DNA from: Patescibacteria group bacterium
GTDB lineage: Bacteria; Patescibacteriota; Minisyncoccia; Phycocordibacterales; JAACPR01
Assembly: GCA_022711495.1 (NCBI GenBank)
Contig: JAKLEX010000001.1
Span: 151,058-215,057 of the forward strand
Reading direction: 5' to 3'
DNA length: 64,000 nucleotides
Shown here: piece by piece, positions 46,752-56,259 of the stretch
How positions within the stretch are numbered: the first letter of the stretch is position 1
Layout: every line of letters begins with the position of its first letter
Made by a program: the position numbers and the translations under genes
Notes under the pieces: model-generated
The model's input: only the letters and a program-made list of their open reading frames with translations
What the model was told of the DNA's origin: nothing
The model's database searches: none

Positions 46752-46907
46752 ATGTCACAAGACAACTTAATTCAGATAAAAAACAAGCAAACCGGCGAAG
46801 TCTATTGGACCCGCAAAAATCGTCGCAAGGTTCAGAGGAAGATTGAACTTAAGAAGTACAGCAAGAAACTGCGAAAACATATCGTTTTCAAAGAAGTTAA
46901 GAAGTAA
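46752..46907 (+). CDS. rpmG: Ribosomal protein bL33 (Cys-less form, 51 aa)
   Basis: Hand translation MSQDNLIQIKNKQTGEVYWTRKNRRKVQRKIELKKYSKKLRKHIVFKEVKK. It matches the L33 consensus (..KNKRN.P.KLELKKY....KH..HKE.K). It is below the 60 aa ORF-track threshold. Confidence 0.65.
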   Translation: MSQDNLIQIKNKQTGEVYWTRKNRRKVQRKIELKKYSKKLRKHIVFKEVKK

Positions 46908-46993
46908 CAGAACTCTAAAGTCTCCTCTCAAAACACGCGTCAGCCGCTCCAGCGAGCGGCTGCGCTGTTCTCGGTCGGTTCTGCCCGACCCGA

Positions 46994-47100
46994 AAAACTC
47001 TAAAGTATTTTGAAATCCTCCGCAGGCGCTCGTTGTCATAGATCTTTAGATCTTGACATAAGAGTGCCGAGGACTGGATTGAAAAATACTTTAGAGTTTT
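46994..47100 (+). repeat. Hairpin repeat element, copy 3 (core 47011-47084) flanked by 17 bp perfect inverted repeats aaaactctaaagtattt / aaatactttagagtttt
   Basis: tgaaatcctccgcagg ... ccgaggactggattgaa ends. The inner stem gtcatagatcttt agatcttgacat is unique. The motif actctaaagt also occurs at 46912. Confidence 0.7.
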
Positions 47101-47148
47101 GTTAGGGAGCTTAACTTCTCATTTAAAAATGCTATATTAGTTTCTTAA

Positions 47149-47223
47149 GGGCCTATAGTTTCAATGGTAAAACGTCGGTCTCCAAAACCGTTGTTCTAGG
47201 TTCAAATCCTAGTGGGCCCGCCA
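47149..47223 (+). tRNA. tRNA-Trp (anticodon CCA), CCA encoded
   Basis: GGGCCUA acceptor stem, anticodon loop CUCCAAA, T-arm GGUUCAAAUCC, 3' GCCA. Confidence 0.8.
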
Positions 47224-47344
47224 AAATTTTTGCTGACCCTTCTTTTTCTTGACACTGAGATTTTTCGTAATAAGCTTCCAGGCAGAGTAGTGTTCGTTAA
47301 CCGCCCTAAATAACTGGGCATAATAAGAAGGGAAAGGTGCGCAG

Positions 47345-48406
47345 ATGAGCACGACAGATAAAGTGGCAGAACAAGCGAGCGGACAGCAAGTCATAACGGC
47401 CGTTGAGGGGGAAGCAAAGCCACATCGGCATCCACTGCTGGATGTAAATCCGATCAACTTTGAGTCCTTCACGGACTGGCTGGTTCAATGGGCCAATGCA
47501 AAATCCCTGGTTGAAATGCTTGGGCTTCTGCACGGCCTTACGACATATGGGCATTGGTTTGAGGAATCCAACGTGATTTCGTTTCTGTTGGATTTGGCCG
47601 ATGGTCATGATGAACGAGATACTTTTGAGGATCACAGGGAGGCACGTTGGATTGGTGCCGATCGGCAAGTTGTGAGCGATCGTCAGAAGATTGCCCAAAA
47701 GGCTTTCTCAATTCTATGTCTGAAGTTTTTCCGAAACAGTGTCCGGGAAGGCGGACGACAGCCGTGGTTATGGATGCTTGGCGACGAGTCCCTGTTCAAG
47801 AAAGTCCTGTGGTTTTTCCGCCCGGATCGCATATGGCGGTTACGAAACTGTAATTCACTGGCTCATGGTTCAGATGATCCGGCAGAGAAGCACCAGAACG
47901 AGATCCTTCGTTGCTTTCTGGAGGAGCTTGCTCATCAGGGCTGGACATTCCGTTCGCTAGGCGAATACGGGATCTCTGATGCGGATAGGCAGATAGAGCA
48001 ACGCCTTGTTGCCACTCGACCGCAGTTTATTGATATTCTGAAAGAATTGAGGAAACTGCCCTGGCTTTTAAAGCAGGAGGAACTGGATCCTCAATCTCTC
48101 AAGAAACTGGAAGAGATGGCAATGTCAGAGTCAGTGTCTCTTCCGTTAGATTGTGCCGGTACCGGCAGTAATTATCGCAAACCGGTCAATCTTCGGGAAG
48201 CGGTTCTCGGCGGTTCGGTTGCCGCGCAAGTTCTCTTGCTGTACAAGGTCATGGAGAAAGAGCGCCAGCGGATACTAGCGCGGTACGAAAAGTCCGAAGC
48301 TGAACGGTCCGAACGACAGCGATTAGCTGAACTTGCGGAGCTTGAAAAAGAGCGTCGCGAACTCGAACAGAGAGAAAGCGAGCTTCGTTCCGCCAAGTCG
48401 AGTTAA
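47345..48406 (+). CDS. Hypothetical protein (353 aa) with a C-terminal Glu/Arg-rich coiled-coil
   Basis: ORF track. About 50% GC. There is a GGAAAGG Shine-Dalgarno-like sequence upstream. No recognisable catalytic motif. Confidence 0.45.
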   Translation: MSTTDKVAEQASGQQVITAVEGEAKPHRHPLLDVNPINFESFTDWLVQWANAKSLVEMLGLLHGLTTYGHWFEESNVISFLLDLADGHDERDTFEDHREARWIGADRQVVSDRQKIAQKAFSILCLKFFRNSVREGGRQPWLWMLGDESLFKKVLWFFRPDRIWRLRNCNSLAHGSDDPAEKHQNEILRCFLEELAHQGWTFRSLGEYGISDADRQIEQRLVATRPQFIDILKELRKLPWLLKQEELDPQSLKKLEEMAMSESVSLPLDCAGTGSNYRKPVNLREAVLGGSVAAQVLLLYKVMEKERQRILARYEKSEAERSERQRLAELAELEKERRELEQRESELRSAKSS

Positions 48407-48424
48407 GATCCGGCGAATCCTTCA

Positions 48425-48467
48425 CCCGCCTGCTGATTTACACAAAAAATCAGCGGGCGGTTTTTTA
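48425..48467 (+). terminator. Rho-independent terminator
   Basis: ccgcctgctgatt ... aatcagcgggcgg is a 13 bp stem with one mismatch, followed by tttttt. Confidence 0.55.
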
Positions 48468-48519
48468 TAAAAAGCCAAAAGGAAAGGCGCCATGTTCGTA
48501 CAAAAAACGAACAGGCGCC

Positions 48520-48759
48520 CTAGCATGTCTTGTGTGACTGTCGCGACAACCTGTCGCGATACAGCTTTACATATAACGATCTCGCTTCATTCAGCGTTAG
48601 CCCGATTTCTCGAAATTCGGGCTCGGAGATCAGTTCGGCCAGTTTTTTGTCGGCCTCGGCTCCATTGACCGACAGTGTGCCGATTTTTCTGACCAAGACG
48701 TCTCCGACCGATCGAAGGATCTGCGTCCTGCGTTTTGTTTTGGCGTTTATAAACACCAC
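48520..48759 (-). CDS. Hypothetical protein (79 aa)
   Basis: ORF track only. Confidence 0.3.
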   Translation of the reverse strand: MVFINAKTKRRTQILRSVGDVLVRKIGTLSVNGAEADKKLAELISEPEFREIGLTLNEARSLYVKLYRDRLSRQSHKTC

Positions 48760-48847
48760 CTCCTTTCTGATTTCTGACTAAAATTTAACACATGTCAGAT
48801 TGTAAGTCAAGATTAGTCTAGTTGGCTGATTCTGATAAGATATAAAC

Positions 48848-49318
48848 ATGAGACAATCACCTAGATTTAGGACATTCTCCAACGAGTCGGCTAAAAGACA
48901 AGGGGAGTCGTTGGTTGAAGTATACGAGAAGCTCCTTGGCGGGAGAATTGTCGATGGCCACGGGGATGGCGGGAAGGATATGGTTTTTGATAAAGAACCG
49001 GGTGTTCCAATAGCTCAAATCAAGAGTTCTTGGAAACATGCCATAACTTCCTTAAAGCTGAGTCTGTGTAAGGACAAGTACATTCCGGTGATCGTTGGCG
49101 ACCCAGGACAGATTCCAAAGGAAGAGATTTTTGAATCGATCCGGAACGCCGGTGGTTTTATTGGTATAGATGTGGATGATGTCGAGACAAAATTAAAAGC
49201 TTGCAGTGAATTTAGAGAGATGTGTGGAACTGATGATCCGGCTCTTGTGGCCAAAAGGCAAGTGCTTCTCAAGGCGATCATTCCGGAGTTAAGAAATCTT
49301 GGTTATGATGTTGATTAA
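48848..49318 (+). CDS. Mrr-catalytic-domain-like PD-(D/E)xK nuclease family protein (156 aa)
   Basis: GHGDGGKDMVF (compare Mrr GDGGIDG) followed by IAQIKSSW (compare VQAKRW). The assignment is motif-level only. Confidence 0.4.
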   Translation: MRQSPRFRTFSNESAKRQGESLVEVYEKLLGGRIVDGHGDGGKDMVFDKEPGVPIAQIKSSWKHAITSLKLSLCKDKYIPVIVGDPGQIPKEEIFESIRNAGGFIGIDVDDVETKLKACSEFREMCGTDDPALVAKRQVLLKAIIPELRNLGYDVD

Positions 49319-49322
49319 CAGA

Positions 49323-49547
49323 TTAAAACTCCTCTAATTTCTTATATTTATTCTCAATTATATTTTTGACATCTTCGGCCGCCTTCACATCACTTTTATA
49401 ATCCATAAGGGTTGGTGTTTGTTCGTCTGAATCTTTCACTTGGTCGTTGCTTGATTTGCCAAAACCGTAATAAATCCAAAACGCGATTATCCCAATTGCA
49501 ATCAAAAGTCCAAGCAAAGTTAGAAATCCGCCGGTTTTATTTTTCAT
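49323..49547 (-). CDS. Small membrane protein (74 aa)
   Basis: ORF track; a single TM. Confidence 0.35.
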   Translation of the reverse strand: MKNKTGGFLTLLGLLIAIGIIAFWIYYGFGKSSNDQVKDSDEQTPTLMDYKSDVKAAEDVKNIIENKYKKLEEF

Positions 49548-49567
49548 ACTCTAATTATTTCGCTAAT

Positions 49568-50470
49568 TTATAAATTAGCAACCAATTTCTCCGCCAGCCT
49601 TATATTTTGAGGTTTAATCCAAACAATTCTCTTGTCTCTCTTGAACCAAGTCATCTGTCGTTTGGCGTATTGGCAGATTTTCTTTGTCAGCTTCTCAAAC
49701 ATCTCTTTTTTAGAAAGTTTGTTTTGTAGAAATAAGGAAACATAGCGATATTCTAGGCCAAAATCATAAAGTCTTTTCCAAGAGACACTTTTCTTGTGCA
49801 AATTTTGAACTTCTGGGATCAATCCTGCTCGAATTCTTCTCAAAAGCCGACTTCTTATTCGTTTTTCTAGTTTTTCTTTTGGCCAAGAAAGTCCGATTTG
49901 TAAGCACTCGTATTTTGGCACGGATTTTATTGGCGGGACTTTCCCTAATGCTGAGGCGATTTCAATGGCCCGAATTAATCTCGCTGGATTTTTTGTATCA
50001 ATTTCTTTGAATCTATCGGCGTCTAGTTTTTTTAGAATGTTTTGTAACCAAACCAGATCAAGTTTCTGCAATTTTTTCCGCAGGATTTTATTTTCTGGCA
50101 CTTTCGGCAAAACTAATCCATCAACAATTGATGAAATATAAAATCCTGTTCCGCCACAGATTATCGGCAATTTTTTGCGCGATAAAATTTCCTTAATCTT
50201 TTTCTCGGCTATTTTTTGATAATCTGCCACGGAAAAAACTTTTTTCGGCGAGACGATATCAAGCAGATGATGGGGAACTCCGCGCATCTCCTTTTTTGTG
50301 ATTTTTCCGGAGCCAATATCCAGTCCCTTATAGACTTGCCTCGAATCGGCAGAAATTATTTCACCGCTGGATTTACGCGCCAATTTCACCGCCAAATCGC
50401 TTTTGCCGGAAGAAGTCGGGCCCAAAATGACTAAAATTTTAGGTTTCATGATTGATCGTGCCGCTTTCAA
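49568..50470 (-). CDS. miaA: tRNA dimethylallyltransferase
   Basis: P-loop GPTSSGKS and the MiaA family pattern. Confidence 0.85.
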   Translation of the reverse strand: MKAARSIMKPKILVILGPTSSGKSDLAVKLARKSSGEIISADSRQVYKGLDIGSGKITKKEMRGVPHHLLDIVSPKKVFSVADYQKIAEKKIKEILSRKKLPIICGGTGFYISSIVDGLVLPKVPENKILRKKLQKLDLVWLQNILKKLDADRFKEIDTKNPARLIRAIEIASALGKVPPIKSVPKYECLQIGLSWPKEKLEKRIRSRLLRRIRAGLIPEVQNLHKKSVSWKRLYDFGLEYRYVSLFLQNKLSKKEMFEKLTKKICQYAKRQMTWFKRDKRIVWIKPQNIRLAEKLVANL

Positions 50471-50512
50471 TTTGGGTTAATTTTCTTCAAGTATTCTGGC
50501 ATCTTTATCTAG

Positions 50513-50595
50513 TGCCGGGAGAGGGACTCGAACCCTCACACCCAGAGGATACACGATTTTGAGTCGTGTGCGTCTACCAATTCCGCCATCCCGGC
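50513..50595 (-). tRNA. tRNA-Leu (anticodon CAA)
   Basis: GCCGGGA acceptor stem, D-arm GCGGAAUUGGUAGACGC, anticodon loop CUCAAAA, long variable arm, T-arm GGUUCGAGUCC. Confidence 0.8.
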
Positions 50596-50718
50596 AAGTG
50601 CTTGTTAAGGCTCTCCGCAGAGTTTATACGAAAATTTACTCCGAGAAGTACTTCACAGCTTAATACTTTTTTTATCTTTAATCAATTGCCGAAGAGTGCT
50701 AAAATACTAAGATAAATT

Positions 50719-51732
50719 ATGGAATCAGAAATCGCCGGAGAAAAATCCGCTTTTCACAATAACGCCGTCTTTTTTATTGAAGTTGATAAAATTCATCCCA
50801 ATCCGTATCAACCACGAAAAGATTTTGATGAAGCTCGCCTCAATGATTTGGCTAGTTCCATTAGAATGTACGGAGTTTTGCAGCCGCTGGTTGTTACTCG
50901 GAAAGAAATAATCAAGTCCGATGGTGGAATTGCTACGGAATATGAACTCATTGCCGGAGAAAGACGTTTACGCGCCTCGCGAATAGCCGGTCTGCGGGAA
51001 GTGCCGGCCCTCATCCGAACTTCAGCTGACGATGAGAGGACAAAACTTGAATTAGCCATTATTGAAAATTTGCAGAGAGAAGATTTAAACCCGATTGACC
51101 GCGCCCGAGCCTTTCAACAGCTAGCCGATCAGTTTGGCTTCAAACACAGCGAAATCGCCAAAAAAGTCGGCAAAAGTCGCGAGTATGTCACAAACTCCAT
51201 TCGTATTTTGGCCTTGCCGGAAGAAATCCAAACAGCGCTGTCTGATAAGAAAATTTCCGAAGGTCATGCTCGGACTCTGCTGATGTTGTCGGGTCGCGTT
51301 GAAGAACAAAATGTTCTATTCCGCGAAATTCTTTTGAAAAAATTGACGGTGCGTGATGCGGAAAAAATCTCTCGGAAGATTGCTTTTGATAAAGTCCGCA
51401 AGAAAGAAAGAATGTTTGACCCGGAGATCGTTCAGATGGAAGAACAAGCCAGCCAGAAACTTGGCGCGCGAGTTTATATTGAGCCGAAAGACGTTGGTGG
51501 TCGTATTCGGATTGATTACATGGACGAAGAAGAGTTGCGGCAGATTATGAACGCTCTTAACGAGAATAAAAATAGCGGAAATAGACTAGAAAAAGTTGCG
51601 CCCCTCTCTTCCTCCGAAGAAGAAGATGCTGAATGGGAATCTGAAAATCCGTCGCAAAGTGATGGGGAAGGTCTCGGCAAGGAAAATTCCGACGAAGAGG
51701 ATTCCTTTGATTTAAACAAGTTTTCTATCTAG
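50719..51732 (+). CDS. parB: Chromosome partitioning protein ParB with an acidic C-terminal tail
   Basis: ParB box (LIAGERRLRASRIAGL), HTH, 337 aa. Confidence 0.85.
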   Translation: MESEIAGEKSAFHNNAVFFIEVDKIHPNPYQPRKDFDEARLNDLASSIRMYGVLQPLVVTRKEIIKSDGGIATEYELIAGERRLRASRIAGLREVPALIRTSADDERTKLELAIIENLQREDLNPIDRARAFQQLADQFGFKHSEIAKKVGKSREYVTNSIRILALPEEIQTALSDKKISEGHARTLLMLSGRVEEQNVLFREILLKKLTVRDAEKISRKIAFDKVRKKERMFDPEIVQMEEQASQKLGARVYIEPKDVGGRIRIDYMDEEELRQIMNALNENKNSGNRLEKVAPLSSSEEEDAEWESENPSQSDGEGLGKENSDEEDSFDLNKFSI

Positions 51733-53967
51733 CGATTTATTAATAATTTGAACGTGCGCGGTTTTATTTTTGTCCGCTGGTTTTTTGCCGCGTCCGCGCC
51801 TGGTTTTTTTCGGTTCAGCCAAGATTTGCAAGGCTCGTTCCAGATTGATTTCGTAGACATTGTCCTCTTTTAAAGATCGGAAATCGCCGTTGTGAACAAT
51901 ATATGGACCAAAGCGACCAACGCTGGCGACCACGGCTTCTCTAGTTTCTGGGTGATCACCAAGATTTCTTGGTAAGCTCAAATATTTAACCGCGTCCTCA
52001 ACAGAAACTTCATCCAGATTTTTATCTTTTGGTATGCTGGCCATTTTTGGTCGGACTTTTTTACCTTTTTCATCTTTTCCGTTTTCCCCAAGCTGGACAT
52101 ACGGCCCGAAACGTCCGATTTTTACGAAAATTGGTTCGCCGGTTTTAGGGTGATGGCCGATTGGCTCGTCGGCTTTTATTTCTTGGCCCTCTATGGTCAG
52201 GGCGCCGGAACAATCCGGAAACTTATCGCAACTTAAAAACTTACCGCCACGGCCGAGTTTGATGTGCATCTTCCCACCGCATTTTGGGCATTTATGTTTA
52301 TCGTCTGCTTCACCAAGCATTGTCAGTTTGGCGATATCTTCTTTTTCTTTGATTTCTTTGGTGAATGGTTTATAAAAATCTGCCAAGGTCTTTACGTATT
52401 CTCTTCGGCCCTCGGCTATTTCGTCCAATTCATTTTCCATTTCGGCCGTGAAAGAATCGCTGATATATTTGGCGAAATTCTGTTCAAGGAAACTTGAAAC
52501 CACGTCGCCGGTGTCGGTTGGAATTAAAGTTTTTCCTTCCTTAACGACGTATTCTCGATCCGCCAAAGTTTTCATGATTGTGGCGTAAGTTGACGGACGG
52601 CCGATGTCTCTTTTTTCCAACTCTTTAATCAGGCCGGCTTCGGTGTAGCGCGATGGCGGTTCGGTTTGTTTGGCCTGGCTAGAGATTTCCTGCAAAATCA
52701 ATTCCTCGCCGTCTTTTACTTTTGGCAAGTTAATCTCTTCGCCTTTAGCTGATGGATCAGCTAATAACCAACCCTCGTCAATGATTCTCTGGCCGTTTGC
52801 GTAAAAGCCCGGAATCTCGCCGTCGTTGATTTCGGCCGTGATTTTAGTTCGTAGGACGTCGGCGTCTTTCATTTGCGACGCTATGGCGCGTGATCGTATC
52901 AACTCATATATTTTTTTCTGCTCGGCGTTATGACCGGCGCTTTTGATTGCCACTTTGGCCGGGCGGATGGCCTCGTGAGCCTCTTGGGCGCTCTTTGATT
53001 TGGTTTTATAAACCCTAATTTGCAAGAGATTTTTGCCAAAATCTTTTTCAATCGCACCAGCGATTTGACCGATGGCGTGCTGACTTAAATTGGTGCTGTC
53101 GGTTCTCATGTAAGTTATAAAACCGGCCTCGTACAATTTTTGCGCGATTTGCATGGTGCGCGAAGGACTGTAGCCAAATCGGGTGCTGGCGACTTGCTGC
53201 AAGGTTGAAGTAATAAATGGCGGTTTCGGCGCTCTTTTGACTTTAGTTTCTTTGATTTCCGAAACTTTCCATTTGCCGGTTTTGGCCAATGACAAGATTT
53301 TTTCGGTTTCTTTCAATTCGCGCGGTTCTTCGGAACAAGTCAATTCAAGCGATGCCTTTGTCTCCTTGGTTTTGACATTCGCCCTTATAACCCAAAAATC
53401 TTCAGGCTTGAAAGCGCGTATTTCGCGTTCTCGCTCCATGATGATGCGTAGAGCGGGGGATTGAACTCGACCGGCGGATAAACCGTAGCGAACTTTCTTC
53501 CAGATTAATCCGGAAAGATCGTAACCGACTAATCTATCCAAGATGCGCCGGGCCTCTTGGGCCGATTTCAAATTCATGTCTATCTCGCGGGGCGCCTTGA
53601 CCGCTTCTTTTACTGCCTCCTCAGTTATTTCGTTAAAGGTAACTCGCTGGGCGTTTTTTAGTCCCAGAACTTCTTTTAAGTGCCAGGCGATAGCTTCTCC
53701 CTCGCGATCGGGGTCGGTGGCCAGATAAATTTCATCGGATTTTTTAGCAAGTTTTTTTAATTCAGAAATGACTTTTTCTTTGCCGGGAGAAACTTCATAA
53801 GTTGGGACGAAGCCGGAATCAATGTCTATGGCTTTTTTGTTGCTTTTAGGCAGATCTCTGATATGGCCGACTGAGGAAGAAACCACAAAATCTTTTCCCA
53901 GATATTTTTCTATCGTCTTGGCTTTGGCCGGCGATTCAACGATTAATAATTTTTTTGACATTAGCAC
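51712..53967 (-). CDS. topA: DNA topoisomerase I
   Basis: Toprim, catalytic Tyr region, C-terminal Zn ribbon (CPKCGGKM), 751 aa. Confidence 0.9.
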   Translation of the reverse strand: MLMSKKLLIVESPAKAKTIEKYLGKDFVVSSSVGHIRDLPKSNKKAIDIDSGFVPTYEVSPGKEKVISELKKLAKKSDEIYLATDPDREGEAIAWHLKEVLGLKNAQRVTFNEITEEAVKEAVKAPREIDMNLKSAQEARRILDRLVGYDLSGLIWKKVRYGLSAGRVQSPALRIIMEREREIRAFKPEDFWVIRANVKTKETKASLELTCSEEPRELKETEKILSLAKTGKWKVSEIKETKVKRAPKPPFITSTLQQVASTRFGYSPSRTMQIAQKLYEAGFITYMRTDSTNLSQHAIGQIAGAIEKDFGKNLLQIRVYKTKSKSAQEAHEAIRPAKVAIKSAGHNAEQKKIYELIRSRAIASQMKDADVLRTKITAEINDGEIPGFYANGQRIIDEGWLLADPSAKGEEINLPKVKDGEELILQEISSQAKQTEPPSRYTEAGLIKELEKRDIGRPSTYATIMKTLADREYVVKEGKTLIPTDTGDVVSSFLEQNFAKYISDSFTAEMENELDEIAEGRREYVKTLADFYKPFTKEIKEKEDIAKLTMLGEADDKHKCPKCGGKMHIKLGRGGKFLSCDKFPDCSGALTIEGQEIKADEPIGHHPKTGEPIFVKIGRFGPYVQLGENGKDEKGKKVRPKMASIPKDKNLDEVSVEDAVKYLSLPRNLGDHPETREAVVASVGRFGPYIVHNGDFRSLKEDNVYEINLERALQILAEPKKTRRGRGKKPADKNKTAHVQIINKSLDRKLV

Positions 53968-53985
53968 AATTAATAACGCAATAAC

Positions 53986-54864
53986 TTATTTTTTGCAAAT
54001 CTGACCGCCAGCTACGGAAATTAATCCTTGAATTTCCAGAGAGGATAAAATTATGTTCAAAGTTTCTACTGCCATGTTATTTTTCGCCAGAAGCGTCTCT
54101 GTATTTGTCATCCCGTCAATTTGAAGAAAGATCTTTTTCTCGCCCGCCGATAGACCAGTCAAATCAGCTGACGGGTCGGCCGAATCAACGCCCGAGGCAG
54201 CTTTTTTGAGGCCTAAGAAATCTATAATGTCGGTGACGGATTGAATTACTTGCGCGCCGTCTTTTATCAGAGAGTTAGCGCCGATGGAATTTTCGGAGAG
54301 AATTGAACCCGGAACGGTCAACATATCACGATTGTAATCCGCCGTGAGCTTGGCGGTTATCATGGTCCCGGATTTTTCCCGCGCCTCTATTATTAAGGTG
54401 GCCTTGGCCAGACCGACCATCAACCTGTTTCTTCGGGGGAATGACCAGTTTGTCGCCAGAAACTCGTCATCATATTCAGAAATGAGACATCCGCCGCTTT
54501 CCAATATCTTATGAGCGAAATTCAAACGCGTTCGCGGGTAGATGGCCTTATCAGAAAGCCCCGATCCAGGTAGCGCGATCACGTGAAGGTGATTTTCCAG
54601 AGCCGTTTCATGGGCGATGGAATCAATTCCGTGGGCCAATCCGGAAATGATTGAAATAGGATAACCCTTTAATCCGGAGATGAGTTTTTTGCAGACTAAC
54701 TCGCCGTAGCTGGTGTATTTTCTTGGTCCGACGACGCACAATCGGAAAAAATCCGGCGGCATTGCCCCGCGAATGCGAAGTCTTTTCGGCGGGTCGGGAA
54801 TATTGACTAATTCCTCCGGCCAGGATTTTCTCGGCCAGGCGCGAGCAGGCCAATTTTCTTCCAT
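53986..54864 (-). CDS. dprA: DNA processing protein DprA
   Basis: Rossmann-like DprA core (GLAHGIDSIAHETALE...). Confidence 0.8.
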   Translation of the reverse strand: MEENWPARAWPRKSWPEELVNIPDPPKRLRIRGAMPPDFFRLCVVGPRKYTSYGELVCKKLISGLKGYPISIISGLAHGIDSIAHETALENHLHVIALPGSGLSDKAIYPRTRLNFAHKILESGGCLISEYDDEFLATNWSFPRRNRLMVGLAKATLIIEAREKSGTMITAKLTADYNRDMLTVPGSILSENSIGANSLIKDGAQVIQSVTDIIDFLGLKKAASGVDSADPSADLTGLSAGEKKIFLQIDGMTNTETLLAKNNMAVETLNIILSSLEIQGLISVAGGQICKK

Positions 54865-54926
54865 TAGCCGAAGTTTTTCATATTTGTTATGATATTTTTA
54901 TAAAGAAAGTCTAAAGACGACACGAT

Positions 54927-56225
54927 ATGCTTGATATAAAATTTGTCAAAGAGAATAAAGATTTGGTTTTGGCTTCCATTAAAAATAGAAACGTCAAAAC
55001 GCCGATTGATCTGGATCGCCTAATTGAACTTTCCAAAGACCGATCACGAATTCGCCAACAAATTGACGAATTGAATCAAAAAAGAAATCAGGCGGCCAAA
55101 GATAAAGACATAGAACTCGGCAAGAAGTTAAAAGAAGAAGGCGCGAAACTAGAGGCCGAATTCAACAAAATTGATAAAGAATATTTTGACATTTTGATAT
55201 TGATTCCTAACATTCCGTCGGCCGATACGCCGGTCGGGCCGGACAGTTCCGGCAACAAGGTTTTGCGCCAATTTGGAGAAAAACCGAAATTTGATTTCAA
55301 GCCCCGCGAACACTTTGATCTTGGTAAAGAATTGGGAATCATTGATAACGAAAAAGCCGGGGAAGTTTCCGGCGCCAGGTTCACTTATCTGAAAGGAGAT
55401 TTGGCCCGGATGCAATTGGCCATCATGAATTTGGCGACTTCTCTTATCGCTGATCCGCACAAGAATGAGCTGAAAGAAATTATCGCCAAAAATGACTTGC
55501 AGGTTCCCGCTGCGCCGTTTTGTTTTGTTATTCCGCCGACATTAATCAAGCCGGCCGTCTTAAACCGGATGGCCAGATTGGAACCTAGGGAAGACCGATA
55601 TCATCTTCCGGCTGACGATCTTTATTTAGTTGGTAGCGCCGAACACACGCTTGGTCCGTTACACATGGACGAAACATTGGCGGCGGAAAGTTTGCCGATT
55701 CGCTACCTGGGCTACTCAACCTCTTACCGCCGCGAGGCCGGAACTTACGGCAAGGATACTAGAGGCATCCTTCGGGTTCATCAGTTTGATAAATTGGAAA
55801 TGGAAGTTTTTTGTTTGCCGGAAGATTCCTACAAAGAGCAGGAATTAATGGTCTCAATTCAAGAGACGCTGCTTAAAAAATTGGGATTGCCGTATCAAGT
55901 TGTCTTGATTTGTACGGGCGATATGGGTAGTCCAGATCACCGACAAATTGATATTGAAACCTGGATGCCGGGGCAGAATTGCTACAGAGAAACTCATACC
56001 ACGGATTTGACGACCAGTTACCAGTCGCGCCGCCTAAACACCAAATTTAAAAATAAAGACGGCAAGCCAGAATATGTTCATATGGTTGATGGAACTTTGG
56101 TGGCCATCGGCCGTATTCTGATTGCTATTATGGAAAACTATCAGCAAAAAGATGGTTCAATAAAAATACCGGAAATTCTAATTCCGGAAATGGGCCAGGA
56201 ATTTATTCAGGGCAAAAAGATTTGA
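54927..56225 (+). CDS. serS: Serine--tRNA ligase
   Basis: N-terminal coiled-coil arm and class II core motifs. Confidence 0.9.
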   Translation: MLDIKFVKENKDLVLASIKNRNVKTPIDLDRLIELSKDRSRIRQQIDELNQKRNQAAKDKDIELGKKLKEEGAKLEAEFNKIDKEYFDILILIPNIPSADTPVGPDSSGNKVLRQFGEKPKFDFKPREHFDLGKELGIIDNEKAGEVSGARFTYLKGDLARMQLAIMNLATSLIADPHKNELKEIIAKNDLQVPAAPFCFVIPPTLIKPAVLNRMARLEPREDRYHLPADDLYLVGSAEHTLGPLHMDETLAAESLPIRYLGYSTSYRREAGTYGKDTRGILRVHQFDKLEMEVFCLPEDSYKEQELMVSIQETLLKKLGLPYQVVLICTGDMGSPDHRQIDIETWMPGQNCYRETHTTDLTTSYQSRRLNTKFKNKDGKPEYVHMVDGTLVAIGRILIAIMENYQQKDGSIKIPEILIPEMGQEFIQGKKI

Positions 56226-56259
56226 TTTGTTGTTTGTCTAAAACCGTTGTTTATCTAAG

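Noticed and set aside
47248-47275. TTGACA hexamer downstream of tRNA-Trp as a promoter for the 47345 gene.
   Set aside because: No acceptable -10 hexamer is found at a 16-18 nt spacing.
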